A DNA stretch of 64,000 nucleotides from Nitrospirales bacterium. GTDB taxonomy: Bacteria; Nitrospirota; Nitrospiria; Nitrospirales; UBA8639. A program made the translations under genes and the position numbers. Location: contig OY820905.2 of the NCBI GenBank assembly GCA_963555755.3, positions 3,552,001 to 3,616,000 on the forward strand. The letters run 5' to 3'. The notes under the pieces were generated by a model. It saw only the letters and a program-made list of their open reading frames with translations. It ran no database searches and was not told the origin of the DNA. Shown here in pieces: positions 20,062-30,020 of the stretch (positions are counted from its first letter, which is position 1; each line of letters opens with the position of its first letter).

Positions 20062-21568
20062 TCAATCGAACGACTAATGCGTCTCGGGCCACCTCACGAT
20101 CATCAAAGTGAAGTCGCTCGGTCCCAATGATTTGATAGTCCTCATGTCCCTTGCCAGCGATGAGGACCATGTCCTGCGAATCTGCCTCTTGAATCGCCGC
20201 ATAAATAGCCTCTCGCCGATCAGGAATCAGCCGGTATGATGTTCGCTCCGACTCCGAAAGGGCCAAAATGCCCTGTTCAATGTCATGTATGATGGCCGAC
20301 GAATCTTCGGTTCGCGGATTGTCGGACGTCACAAAAACGAGGTCACTGTTTTGTACAGCGACTTGTCCCATCTTTGGACGCTTGCCTCGATCACGATCCC
20401 CGCCACAGCCAAACACGGTGATGATCCGTCCTTTCTTGAGTATATGCGCGGCTGCCAATAAGCGGGCCAAGGCATCCTCGGTGTGGGCATAGTCCACGAC
20501 CACGGCAAAGTCTTGTCCTTCGTGTATGAGTTCAAATCGACCAGGCACAGCCCGAAAGGCACTGATGCCTCGTTGAATAATTTCCGGGGACAGCCCGCAC
20601 TCCACGCCAATACCCATTGCCGCTAATAGATTGGACACATTATGCTCACCAACCAATGGACTGTTGATGGTCATCGGCCCGATTGGTGTCACCGCGGTAA
20701 AAGTTGTCCCATCGATTGATAAGGATAGGTCTGTCGCACAAAGATCGGCTGGGCCACGGGTCGAATAGCTCCACGCCGGAACCGCACATTGCTGGAGGAT
20801 CCGCTTGCCCCACTCATCATCGATATTCACGATTGCCCGCTTCGGGGATGTTTTGCTTTTCGGTGCCACGTATTCCCGAAAGAGCCGCAATTTCGCCTGG
20901 AAGTAATCATCCATGTCCTGGTGGAAATCTAAATGGTCCTGCGTCAAATTGGTAAAGACCACGATGTCGAACTCGCACCCTGCGACACGGTCCAGTGCCA
21001 ACGCATGTGAGGACACTTCGAGAATAGCGGAATCTGCTTCGGCGTTGACCATCTTGTGCAAGAACGTTTGCAGGGCCACGGAATCCGGGGTGGTATGGCT
21101 AGCGGCAAAGTGTTCGGATCCGACGAAATAGCCAATGGTGCCCAGCAGCCCGACCTTTCGACCCGACACTTCCAGAACCCCTTTGGCAAGGTGGGTGACC
21201 GTGGTTTTCCCATTCGTCCCAGTGACGCCAATCATGGTTAAGGAACGGGACGGCTCTTTCCAAAAATGCGAGGCGACCTGCCCCAATGCCGTTCGCGTAT
21301 TTTTGACCTCGACAAGGGCCGGTGCTGACTGTGTAAAAGGAGGAAGCGATGTTCGTCGAAACGGCGCCTCGACCAAAATACCAGCCGCTCCCTGCTCGCA
21401 GGCTTGGCCTATGAAATCATGGCCATCAACCTGGGCTCCTTTGACCGCAACGAAAAATGTTCCGGATGTCACTTGACGGGAATCATCCGTAATATCACCC
21501 ACCTCTACATTCAGATCGCCCGTTTGGTTGACAACGTCGAGTGCCATAATCAACTCAGCGATAGTCAT
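20051..21568 (-). CDS. murE: UDP-MurNAc-dipeptide--meso-DAP ligase
   Basis: GVTGTNGKTT, EVSSH, DYAHT, DNPR (DAP-type), GKGHE. Confidence 0.98.
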   Translation of the reverse strand: MTIAELIMALDVVNQTGDLNVEVGDITDDSRQVTSGTFFVAVKGAQVDGHDFIGQACEQGAAGILVEAPFRRTSLPPFTQSAPALVEVKNTRTALGQVASHFWKEPSRSLTMIGVTGTNGKTTVTHLAKGVLEVSGRKVGLLGTIGYFVGSEHFAASHTTPDSVALQTFLHKMVNAEADSAILEVSSHALALDRVAGCEFDIVVFTNLTQDHLDFHQDMDDYFQAKLRLFREYVAPKSKTSPKRAIVNIDDEWGKRILQQCAVPAWSYSTRGPADLCATDLSLSIDGTTFTAVTPIGPMTINSPLVGEHNVSNLLAAMGIGVECGLSPEIIQRGISAFRAVPGRFELIHEGQDFAVVVDYAHTEDALARLLAAAHILKKGRIITVFGCGGDRDRGKRPKMGQVAVQNSDLVFVTSDNPRTEDSSAIIHDIEQGILALSESERTSYRLIPDRREAIYAAIQEADSQDMVLIAGKGHEDYQIIGTERLHFDDREVARDALVVRLRDC

Positions 21569-23346
21569 TCCGAGGTTTTAGCCGCTCCGACCAGTTGACG
21601 TCCCATAATTCCAACCGCAGCCACTTGCACATCCCTGCCACGTTGGGGAGGAATTTTTAAATGACGAAGTACTTGTTCTCCAACTTCACGGAACACCGGA
21701 GCAGCAACCGTGGCACCCCATGCCGGCCCTTTTGGCTCGTCAATAACCACCAACATGACGAACCGAGGATCCTCGACTGGAGCAAACCCAACAAATGACC
21801 CAATGAATTTAGTCGATGAATAGGTTCCCGTTTCGGGATCGAACTTCTGCGCCGTTCCGGTTTTCCCGGCGACACGATATCCACGAATTGCCCCCTGCCT
21901 TCCCGTCCCACGCTCCACAACATTTTCTAGCAGAGCGGTCAGCGTTTGGGCCGTTCGATGACGAATGGGGTAACGACGAATCTCCGGGTCCCGATTCCAC
22001 ACCTGATCTCCTTGCATGGTATGAATCTGCTCAACGATGAATGGTTTCATCAGCGCCCCGCCATTCGCGATCGCCGAAACAGCCGTCACCAACTGGAGCG
22101 GCGTCACGGCAATTTCTTGCCCCATCGCGACAGACGGCAATGTCCGCGTACCCCATTTCGAAGGTTTCTTTAAAATCCCGACCGATTCACCAGGCAGATC
22201 GATTCCCGTCTTTTCTCCAAATCCAAACTTACGCAAATACCGGTACATGCGATCCTTCCCCAACCCTATGGCAGTCTTGGCTACAGCCACATTACTCGAC
22301 TGCTGAATGGCTTCTCGAAACGTGAGCCAGCCAGCTTTTTCATGATCGTGAATCACCGTCCCGCTAATCGGCAATTCGCCATCCCCAGCGTAAATAAGCG
22401 TGTCAGGCTCGACATGCCCTTCTTCCAACGCCGCAGCAGCCAGAATAATTTTCATGGTGGATCCGGGTTCATAGGGATCGGTCACGGCTCGATTCCGCCA
22501 CCGTTCAGGAGCAAACCCCATGGCATGATTAGGATCGAAGGTGGGACGGAGCGTCCAGGCCAAAATCCCTCCTGTCTGAGGATCCATGACAATGATCGAC
22601 CCCCCTTTCGCATGGGTTCGCTCCACAACTGACTCCAGCGCATGCTCAGCCATATATTGAATCACTTCGTCAATCGTGAGACGAATGGTGTGCCCTGACA
22701 GAGTGTCTGCCTCCTGCTGGTTTTCGGGAAAGATCACACGGCCAAGGGCATCTCGATGCAACATCACCTTTCGTGTTTGACCTTGAAGATACCGCTCATA
22801 TCTGACTTCCAGGCCTTCAAGCCCCTGGCTATCGATTCCCGCAAAACCCAACACATGTGCTAAGAGCGTGCCCTTGGGATAGAACCGTTGCTGTTCCTGC
22901 ACCAGCGCAATGCCCGGAAGGGACAATGCTTCCACTTGCGTGGCATACTGAGCATTAATCTTTCGTTTGATCCACACGAACTCACGCTTGCCCCGAAGGC
23001 GTTGCTCCAATATTGAACGTGGCATCTCCAAGACTTTAGACAAACGCTTCGCGGCCATCCACGAGTTTTTCACCGACACGGGGGAGGCATACACCGAAGG
23101 CACATCCACATTGAGTGCCAAGGCTCGACCGTGACGATCGACAATCACCCCACGGTTCGAATCGAGAGTAATCATTTTATGATGTTGGCGCTGAGCCTTC
23201 TTGGTCATCGTCTCCGCTTGAAGAATGTGCAGGTCAAAGAGACGGAGTAAGACCACGAGAAATCCCAGGAGAAAGATCACGCACATCACCGCTCGTCTCC
23301 CAGAATGGGCCTGTTCATCCTGTTCCCGACGATCAAACATCATCAA
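21565..23346 (-). CDS. ftsI: septal class B PBP (PBP3)
   Basis: EPGSTMK, SSN and KTG motifs; N-terminal TM. Confidence 0.95.
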   Translation of the reverse strand: MMMFDRREQDEQAHSGRRAVMCVIFLLGFLVVLLRLFDLHILQAETMTKKAQRQHHKMITLDSNRGVIVDRHGRALALNVDVPSVYASPVSVKNSWMAAKRLSKVLEMPRSILEQRLRGKREFVWIKRKINAQYATQVEALSLPGIALVQEQQRFYPKGTLLAHVLGFAGIDSQGLEGLEVRYERYLQGQTRKVMLHRDALGRVIFPENQQEADTLSGHTIRLTIDEVIQYMAEHALESVVERTHAKGGSIIVMDPQTGGILAWTLRPTFDPNHAMGFAPERWRNRAVTDPYEPGSTMKIILAAAALEEGHVEPDTLIYAGDGELPISGTVIHDHEKAGWLTFREAIQQSSNVAVAKTAIGLGKDRMYRYLRKFGFGEKTGIDLPGESVGILKKPSKWGTRTLPSVAMGQEIAVTPLQLVTAVSAIANGGALMKPFIVEQIHTMQGDQVWNRDPEIRRYPIRHRTAQTLTALLENVVERGTGRQGAIRGYRVAGKTGTAQKFDPETGTYSSTKFIGSFVGFAPVEDPRFVMLVVIDEPKGPAWGATVAAPVFREVGEQVLRHLKIPPQRGRDVQVAAVGIMGRQLVGAAKTSE

Positions 23347-23687
23347 CGTGTCCTCACCGAAACATCTCGTTGAGCCACACGAAGCGGCTCAAAATTGTTG
23401 TGTTGTTTTTCTTTGTGTTGACCATCATCAGATACGAGAATTACCTGACCAGGGTTCGGAGGTCTCATGTTCAACTTGCCCGAAGCCTCGCGAGCAATTC
23501 TGTCCGGAGCCGTCAATTGTGAATAGGTCAGTTGAAGACGGTCATGTTTCTGCTCCAACGCAATTTTTCTCTGCGACAGTTGGTCCAGTTCATACCCCAC
23601 TCGCACGACATCCATTTTCCCCCACACGTAAAAAATGAATGTCGAACCTAAGCCCATAATCAAGAGAACAGAGAGTACAATCTTCAT
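23343..23687 (-). CDS. ftsL: cell division protein FtsL
   Basis: TM plus coiled coil plus L..PDRI...A...L.M; between rsmH and ftsI. Confidence 0.85.
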   Translation of the reverse strand: MKIVLSVLLIMGLGSTFIFYVWGKMDVVRVGYELDQLSQRKIALEQKHDRLQLTYSQLTAPDRIAREASGKLNMRPPNPGQVILVSDDGQHKEKQHNNFEPLRVAQRDVSVRTR

Positions 23688-23692
23688 CGCAA

Positions 23693-24640
23693 CTAGCCTT
23701 TTACCTGCATGTCAGAAGTTTCTTGAGTTTTTTCTAAGACTCGTAATTTTGCGCTCCGGGCACGGGGATTCCGTTTCCGTTCTTCTACCGACGCCACGCA
23801 GGGTTTTTTCGTTAGAACAGTCACACGTTGGTCAGTCTGTTGTGAAAGCGCTCGAAACGTGTACTTCACGAGGCGATCTTCCAATGAATGAAATGAAATC
23901 ACACACATTCGACCTCCTGGTGCCAATCGATCGACCGCATCCTGCAACGCTGGAGTGATCACCGCTAATTCGTTGTTCACCGCAATGCGTAACGCTTGAA
24001 AAGTGCGCGTGGCCGGATGCAACCGCCCGTACCGATACGCGGGTGGAACCGATTGCTGAACCACCGATGCCAATTCGGAGGTGGTACGAAGTGGGGACGA
24101 TGTCCGCTGCCTGACAATCCCTCTGGCAATTCGCCGGGACAGTCGTTCTTCACCGAATTCGAAAATAACATTGGCCAATTCAGTTTCGGGCAAGGTATTC
24201 ACGAGTTCTCCGGCTGTCATAGAGAGGGAAGGGTTCATCCGCATATCTAAAGGTCCATCCTGCTGGAAACTAAAACCCCGGTCCGCATCGGCTAATTGCA
24301 CGGACGAAATACCCAGATCAAAAAGAATTCCGTCGACTTGGCCAACCCCTTCCGAATCCAGGATCGACCGGAGGTCTCGAAAGTTTCCACAATGAAACGA
24401 GACGTTGGAGATATATGGCTTGAGCGTTTTACGGGCCAATTCAAGCGCATCAGGATCTTGGTCAATGGCGATCAGTCGTCCATCTTTTCCGCAAGTCTGA
24501 AGGATTCTGGATGAAGTCCCTCCTGGACCGATAGTGCAATCCACATAACAACCATGAGGCTTCGGCCGTAACCAGAAGACAATTTCATCGACTAAAACCG
24601 GTACATGGCCCTTGTTTTCCTGCTCATTCCCGCCACTCAT
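23693..24640 (-). CDS. rsmH: 16S rRNA C1402 N4-methyltransferase
   Basis: HVPVL, DLGISS.Q, PLDMRM, FQALRIAVN, SFHSLEDR, NPRARSAKLR. Confidence 0.98.
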   Translation of the reverse strand: MSGGNEQENKGHVPVLVDEIVFWLRPKPHGCYVDCTIGPGGTSSRILQTCGKDGRLIAIDQDPDALELARKTLKPYISNVSFHCGNFRDLRSILDSEGVGQVDGILFDLGISSVQLADADRGFSFQQDGPLDMRMNPSLSMTAGELVNTLPETELANVIFEFGEERLSRRIARGIVRQRTSSPLRTTSELASVVQQSVPPAYRYGRLHPATRTFQALRIAVNNELAVITPALQDAVDRLAPGGRMCVISFHSLEDRLVKYTFRALSQQTDQRVTVLTKKPCVASVEERKRNPRARSAKLRVLEKTQETSDMQVKG

Positions 24641-24701
24641 CCATTTCTTCCCACTTCTACCCACTTAGTAGGCAGTATAGCGCTATTCCTTCTCTTGTCA
24701 A
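24641..24701 (-). promoter_or_regulatory. dcw promoter (TTGACA-N16-TATACT) followed by MraZ-box-like 10-bp-periodic GTGG repeats
   Basis: -35 at 24696-24701, -10 at 24674-24679; then AAGTGGGTAG-AAGTGGGAAG-AAATGG on the - strand. Confidence 0.7.
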
Positions 24702-24800
24702 GGAAAATCAATGACTTAGCGATGTCAAAATATGGCCGGATAGCCGCTAAAAACTACAACATGTGGTGGGTAACCAAAAGCAGAAAAAAAGGAATGAGAA

Positions 24801-25198
24801 AACTCCTAATCGCACATCTGGAACAGGCTTCAAACCTTGCAAATCCTCTCCTGTTGTCATGTCGCCTCTCCTCTGTTGTCATGTCGCCCCTTCTTTGTTG
24901 TCATTTCGACCCTTGGGAGAAATCTCGCCGGTCCTGCCACGCGTGGCCAGGCGTTCCACCCCCACAAAGAGATTTCTCCTTCCACTCGAAATGACAAGAG
25001 GAACTCCTAATCGCACATCTGGAACAGGCTTCAAACCTTGCCAATCCTCTCCTGTTGTCATGTCGCCCCTCCTCTGTTGTCATGTCGCCCCTTCTTTGTT
25101 GTCATTTCGACCCTTGGGAGAAATCTCGCCGGTCCTGCCACGCGTGGCCAGGCGTTCCACCCCCACAAAGAGATTTCTCCTTCCACTCGAAATGACAG
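24801..25198. repeat. tandem duplication (~201-bp unit) of a palindromic GTCATTTCGA...AGAAATCT/AGATTTCT...TCGAAATGAC element
   Basis: Units start at 24801 and 25002; related copies at ~41250-41460, 47035-47125 and 61740-62065. Confidence 0.9.
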
Positions 25199-25277
25199 AA
25201 TGGGATTCCTGCTTGGTCAGCTCGAACAGGCTTGTAACCTTGAACCTCCCCTCCGTTGGTCATACTAGGCCCTTCAA

Positions 25278-25440
25278 CCTAGAAACAGCAATTGGATCAC
25301 AAAAGTCCGCGCAAGCTCTTGGCGCACCTGATAAAATACAAAAATGTCTTATCACCACCGAGGTGACTACGACTTTTTGTATTTCACCATGCACACCAAT
25401 ATCTTACACGGCTTTTTTGCGCCCAACTGCCGTTTCTAGG
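25278..25440. mobile_element. MITE family D (TIR CCTAGAAAC), 163 bp, TSD TTCAA
   Basis: TTCAA-CCTAGAAAC...GTTTCTAGG-TTCAA; full copies at 52449-52611 and 55715-55877, fragments at ~39525, 41100, 46950, 49020, 49290. Confidence 0.85.
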
Positions 25441-25501
25441 TTCAATCGACTCAGGACGCGAGCCCTTTGAGGAAGATAAAACTTTCGAGAGGAAAAACGA
25501 A

Positions 25502-26797
25502 TCAGGGGTAAAGACGGGACAGCATTCTGGGGAATGGAATAGTTTCTCGGACATGATCGAGTCCACAGATCCACGCCACCGCTCGTTCAATGCCCATCCC
25601 AAACCCGGCATGTGGGACAGACCCATAACGGCGTAGGTCAAGATACCATCGGAAGGCATCCTCGGAGAGATCATGTTCCTGTAGACGAGAGAGGAGAGTC
25701 TGATAGTCATGAATCCGCTGCCCACCGCCAATAATTTCACCGTACCCCTCTGGCGCCAACACATCCATGCACATCGCAAGATCAGGCTGTTGTGGATCGG
25801 ACTGCATGTAAAACGCTTTGATCGCCGCAGGATATCGATGCACGATCAAGGGTTTGTGATATTCGTGGGACAACAGCGTCTCGTCTTCGGCCCCAAAGTC
25901 ATCACCAGATTGAATAGCGGATCCGCCCTTGTGTAAACAGTCAACAGCCTCTCGGTACGTAACCCGTGGAAACGGCGGGGTGATCGCTTCCAGCTTGGAC
26001 ACGTCGCGCCCTAACACTTTTAATTCTTCTTGCCGTTTCTCTAACACACGCTGAACGATCATCACCAAAAATGCCTCGGCCAATTCCATGACATCGGCTA
26101 ATTCCGCAAAAGCGACTTCGGGTTCGACCATCCAAAATTCCATCAGGTGACGACGCGTTTTGGATTTTTCAGCTCGAAAAGTCGGACCGAAGCAATACAC
26201 CTTGCCAAACGCCGCTGCCGCAGCTTCTCCATACAACTGTCCACTCTGCGCTAAATAGGCCGTCTCCTCAAAATATTGCGTCTGAAACAGGGTCGTCGTT
26301 CCTTCACAGGCATTGGGTGTGAATATGGGCGTATCCACCAACACAAAATCACGATCATCAAAAAAGTCTCGGCAGGCCTTCACGATTTCATGACGAATCT
26401 TCAGGATCGCATGCTGCCGACTAGACCGCAGCCACAGATGCCGGTGGTCCATCAAAAACCCGACACTATGCTCTTTGGGTTGAATAGGAAAAGGCTCAGC
26501 GAGGTGTAGGATGTGAATATGGGAAACATCCAATTCATACCCGCCAGGGGCACGGTCATCGGCTCGGATTCGCCCTGTCACTTCAATGGAAGATTCCTGA
26601 GTAAGATGAGAGGCAGCCTTAAACTGTTCCTCATCCATTGTTGCCTTACTCAAAATGGCTTGTAATTCTCCCGTGCCATCACGAATGGTAAGAAATTGGA
26701 CTTTGCCTTTTGAACGGTGACGTCGCACCCAACCGCGAATTTGAACTTCTTTCTCGTTAAACTGTTCAATCTGTGATAGGGAAATTGGAGATAGCAT
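25502..26797 (-). CDS. asnS: asparagine--tRNA ligase
   Basis: OB-fold N-terminus, [42 protein letters not shown]. Confidence 0.95.
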   Translation of the reverse strand: MLSPISLSQIEQFNEKEVQIRGWVRRHRSKGKVQFLTIRDGTGELQAILSKATMDEEQFKAASHLTQESSIEVTGRIRADDRAPGGYELDVSHIHILHLAEPFPIQPKEHSVGFLMDHRHLWLRSSRQHAILKIRHEIVKACRDFFDDRDFVLVDTPIFTPNACEGTTTLFQTQYFEETAYLAQSGQLYGEAAAAAFGKVYCFGPTFRAEKSKTRRHLMEFWMVEPEVAFAELADVMELAEAFLVMIVQRVLEKRQEELKVLGRDVSKLEAITPPFPRVTYREAVDCLHKGGSAIQSGDDFGAEDETLLSHEYHKPLIVHRYPAAIKAFYMQSDPQQPDLAMCMDVLAPEGYGEIIGGGQRIHDYQTLLSRLQEHDLSEDAFRWYLDLRRYGSVPHAGFGMGIERAVAWICGLDHVRETIPFPRMLSRLYP

Positions 26798-26979
26798 GGT
26801 TGTAAATGAAATTAACGAATAAAAAAAACTCGGTCCTTTTACCTGGGAAAACCTACGCTACGAAACCTTTCATGAGAATGCAAGAGGACATGACCATGAA
26901 AAGCGTCGTTGGATAATGCCAAGCTTCCTCGATAGCTGGCTATTTCTGACATATCGTTAAAAGAGAAGATGAAGCACCA

Positions 26980-27101
26980 GGGACTGTTCAAAATGGCTGT
27001 CCAGCAAGGCCGCAAGCAGTGAGGAGGGCGAGGCGTACGCTGCGTACGTTGAGCCCTCCGAGCAATGAGAACGCCGCTGGCGGCCATTTTGAACAGTCCC
27101 T
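26980..27101. mobile_element. MITE family A (reverse orientation)
   Basis: GGGACTGTTCAAAATGG...CCATTTTGAACAGTCCC. Confidence 0.8.
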
Positions 27102-27160
27102 GAATTGACACGAAAGGAAGGGCACGACTATCATGAGCTCTTCACAAGGAGGATATCATT

Positions 27161-27484
27161 ATGAGTTATGCGATTACGGTTCGCGATCTGAAGGATCGCT
27201 TGGATAAAGGTGATACGATTTTTTTATTGGATGTCCGGGAGCCTCACGAGTACTCCATGGCAAAGATTGAAGGATCGGTTCTGATTCCCCTTGGGGAATT
27301 ACCCACGTCGCTGGACAAATTAAACTCCAACGACGAAATTGTCGCATTGTGCCATCGAGGCATGCGAAGTGCTGATGCCGTTGGCTTTCTCATGCAACAA
27401 GGCTTCAGTAACGTCAAAAATCTCATCGGAGGCATTGACGCCTGGTCCATAGAAGTTGACCCAGAAGTTCCACGATATCGATAG
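27161..27484 (+). CDS. rhodanese-domain protein
   Basis: LLDVREPHE, CHRGMRS, GGIDAWS..VDP.VPRY; AGGAGG RBS. Confidence 0.92.
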   Translation: MSYAITVRDLKDRLDKGDTIFLLDVREPHEYSMAKIEGSVLIPLGELPTSLDKLNSNDEIVALCHRGMRSADAVGFLMQQGFSNVKNLIGGIDAWSIEVDPEVPRYR

Positions 27485-27529
27485 ATACATGCCGATCATG
27501 TTGTCTCGCTTGCTGAGAAGATGAGGAAG

Positions 27530-28450
27530 TTATTTTTTTTGTTGAAAAAACTCCACCGTTTCGGCAAACCCTTCAGCTAGGGACACGATGGGCTCCCAAC
27601 CAGTTTCCTCAGTGAGTTTTGAACAATCCAACACACTACGCAACTGCTCCCCCTTTTTCTCGGGACCATGCAGTTCCTTACATTCCACTTGGGTGAGGGT
27701 CTTTAATCGGGTGAAGATATTGTTCACTGTCGTTTCTTCACCCGTCCCCACATTATATATACCATTTACGTGCTGATCAGAGGCCGTCATGACCGCCTCC
27801 ACCACATCTCGAACATACACATAATCACGAGTTTGCAACCCATTTCCATTGATCAGGATTTGCTGCCCTTTTAACAATTGTTGCGAAAATATCGCAATCA
27901 CTCCGGCTTCCCCTTCCGGATTCTGCCGGGGACCATACACATTGCCAAACCGTAGTGCGGCATAGTGAAGTCCGGCCACATAACGATAGTATTCAAGATA
28001 ATATTCACAGGATAACTTACTGATTCCATAGGGGGATAGGGGAGAAGTTGGGTGAGTTTCCGGGGCAGGAAATTGATTTTGCTCTCCATAGACCGCTCCT
28101 CCGGAGGAAGCAAACACGATTTTCCTGACTCCATATTTTACCGACAATTGCAACAGGTTAATCGTGCCAAGGATGTTGACATTGGCATCGAACATCGGAT
28201 CTTCCGTTGACCGCCGAACGTTCATCTGCGCGGCCAAATGCACGATCACCACAGGGCGTTCACGTTTAAATATTCTATCTAAACGCGAACTGCGGATATT
28301 CGTTTTATATAACACGGCCTCTCGATTGACATTCTTGCGTTTCCCAGTCGATAAATTATCGATCACCGAAACTTGATGCCCTTCCTGAACAAACCGATCG
28401 ACCACATGCGAACCAATAAAACCTGCACCGCCTGTCACTAATACATTCAT
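27530..28450 (-). CDS. NAD-dependent epimerase/dehydratase (UDP-glucose 4-epimerase-like)
   Basis: TGGAGFIG, HLAAQ, YGISK, NVYGPRQ. Confidence 0.93.
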   Translation of the reverse strand: MNVLVTGGAGFIGSHVVDRFVQEGHQVSVIDNLSTGKRKNVNREAVLYKTNIRSSRLDRIFKRERPVVIVHLAAQMNVRRSTEDPMFDANVNILGTINLLQLSVKYGVRKIVFASSGGAVYGEQNQFPAPETHPTSPLSPYGISKLSCEYYLEYYRYVAGLHYAALRFGNVYGPRQNPEGEAGVIAIFSQQLLKGQQILINGNGLQTRDYVYVRDVVEAVMTASDQHVNGIYNVGTGEETTVNNIFTRLKTLTQVECKELHGPEKKGEQLRSVLDCSKLTEETGWEPIVSLAEGFAETVEFFQQKK

Positions 28451-28567
28451 GAACGTCCTTTCAACTGATCCCGCTCTGCGATCAGGATACACCAAGATGG
28501 GAAGATGGGTTCTAAAAAGAAGAGCGTCAAGAGCATATCAGTCACCCCAAGCCATCGACGGCCATCC

Positions 28568-29326
28568 TTACCTAGGTGACCACCGCAACCCCAACAACAT
28601 CTCCCGATTCCCCCTTTTCCCCATCACAGGAGAATCGAGATGGCCGAGACATGCAAAGCCCAGATTTTTCGCAATTCCCTCTACCTTGTCAATCACGGCT
28701 GCACGAACCGCCTCATCACGAACGATGCCTCCACGGCCAACCTGTTTAATCCCGGCTTCGAATTGAGGCTTGACCAAGGCAATCACCCAAGCCTGCGCCG
28801 CCAAAAATTTTATGACACATGGCAGAACAAGTTTTAAGGATATAAACGACACGTCAATCACTCCGAGCGCAATGGGTTCGGGAATCGTCTCGGCATCGAG
28901 ATGACGAATATTACATCGCTCCATGACCACGACTCTGGGGTCATTGCGAAGCCGCCAATCCAATTGCCCATATCCTACATCGATCGCATACACGCGCTCC
29001 GCGCCTCGTTGCAACAGACAATCGGTAAAGCCACCGGTTGAGGCACCGATATCCATAGCCGTCAATCCCTGACAGGAAAGGTGAAACGCATCCAATGCCG
29101 CCACCAGTTTATCACCGGCCCGACTGACATAGGCCGGGGCTAAGGGTGTTACTTCAATCGTGGCTGTTTCATCCACCAGCTTGGCACGTTTATCAACCAC
29201 AATCCCGTTCACTTGAACTGACCCGGCCAATATGATACGTCCTGCTTGTTCACGACTGGGCACCAGTCCACGATCGACGAGAACGCCGTCGAGACGCTGT
29301 TTAGGAACATTCTTCTGACGAGTCAT
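28568..29326 (-). CDS. tlyA: TlyA family rRNA methyltransferase
   Basis: S4 domain, YVSRAG.KL, GASTGGFTD, DVSFISL, KPQFE. Confidence 0.96.
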   Translation of the reverse strand: MTRQKNVPKQRLDGVLVDRGLVPSREQAGRIILAGSVQVNGIVVDKRAKLVDETATIEVTPLAPAYVSRAGDKLVAALDAFHLSCQGLTAMDIGASTGGFTDCLLQRGAERVYAIDVGYGQLDWRLRNDPRVVVMERCNIRHLDAETIPEPIALGVIDVSFISLKLVLPCVIKFLAAQAWVIALVKPQFEAGIKQVGRGGIVRDEAVRAAVIDKVEGIAKNLGFACLGHLDSPVMGKRGNREMLLGLRWSPR

Positions 29327-29408
29327 ACATTACTGGAGTGAAATCGCGAGCGGATGTTCTTGGAAAGACGTACGCCGAGGCAGGTCATTCCCCGCCCCCG
29401 GACAAGGA

Positions 29409-29648
29409 TTACATAGCTTCTTCTTTGTCAACGCTAAACGCTTGAAGTCGCTTTTTCCCGCCGGTGTCTTGAACCATGATTTCCACTTTTCGTTCGGCAT
29501 CGTCAAGCATTTTCAAGCACGTCTTGGACAGTTTAATACCTTCTTCAAATATTTGCAGCGAGTTATTCAACGAAAGATCACCCTTCTCCAATTCGTTGAC
29601 AATCGTTTCCAGCCTTGCCAAGGCATCTTCAAATTTTATGGCTGCCAT
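29409..29648 (-). CDS. xseB: exodeoxyribonuclease VII small subunit
   Basis: FEDALARLETIV..LEKGDLSL...FEEG. Confidence 0.95.
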   Translation of the reverse strand: MAAIKFEDALARLETIVNELEKGDLSLNNSLQIFEEGIKLSKTCLKMLDDAERKVEIMVQDTGGKKRLQAFSVDKEEAM

Positions 29649-29781
29649 ATCTTCTCCCTATTCCTTTGGTATGCCCGACACCACACAATCCCGGCATGTG
29701 CACCATGGGCCAGGTGAATCGGTGTCTTTACATTTGTACTCGGCTACGGCCCTTTCTGCAATACGGAATTCAAGCGGCCCC

Positions 29782-29809
29782 ATTATACGCTGCTCCATTC
29801 AGAGGTCAA
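29782..29809 (-). promoter_or_regulatory. sigma70-like promoter for xseB-tlyA (TTGACC-N16-TATAAT)
   Basis: - strand reads CTTGACCTCTGAATGGAGCAGCGTATAATG. Confidence 0.6.
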
Positions 29810-30020
29810 GGATTGGCAGAGGTCAAGGATTGGCAGAGGTCAAGGATTGGCAGAGGTCAAGGATTGGCAGAGGTCAAGGATTGGCAGAGGTCAAGGATTG
29901 GCAGAGGTCAAGGATTGGCAGAGGTCAAGGATTGGCAGAGGTCAAGGATTGGCAGAGGTCAAGGATTGGCAGAGGTCAAGGATTGGCAGAGGTCAAGGAT
30001 TGGCAGAGGTCAAGGATTGG
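29800..30020. repeat. perfect VNTR, 13 x 17 bp CAGAGGTCAAGGATTGG
   Basis: 221 bp equals 13 identical units. Confidence 0.97.

Noticed and set aside
24763..25470. 235-aa ORF with an internal duplication
   Set aside because: Translation of the 201-bp palindromic tandem repeat plus a MITE.
29656..29798. Small Cys-rich ORF (…WCTCRDC…) upstream of xseB
   Set aside because: Its start codons overlap the predicted promoter, there is no RBS and no family is recognisable.
29800..30020. CRISPR array, or repeat proteins (ORFs 29476-30132, 29615-30103)
   Set aside because: Head-to-tail 17-mers with no spacers; the ORFs are by-products of a stop-free repeat and overlap xseA/xseB antisense.
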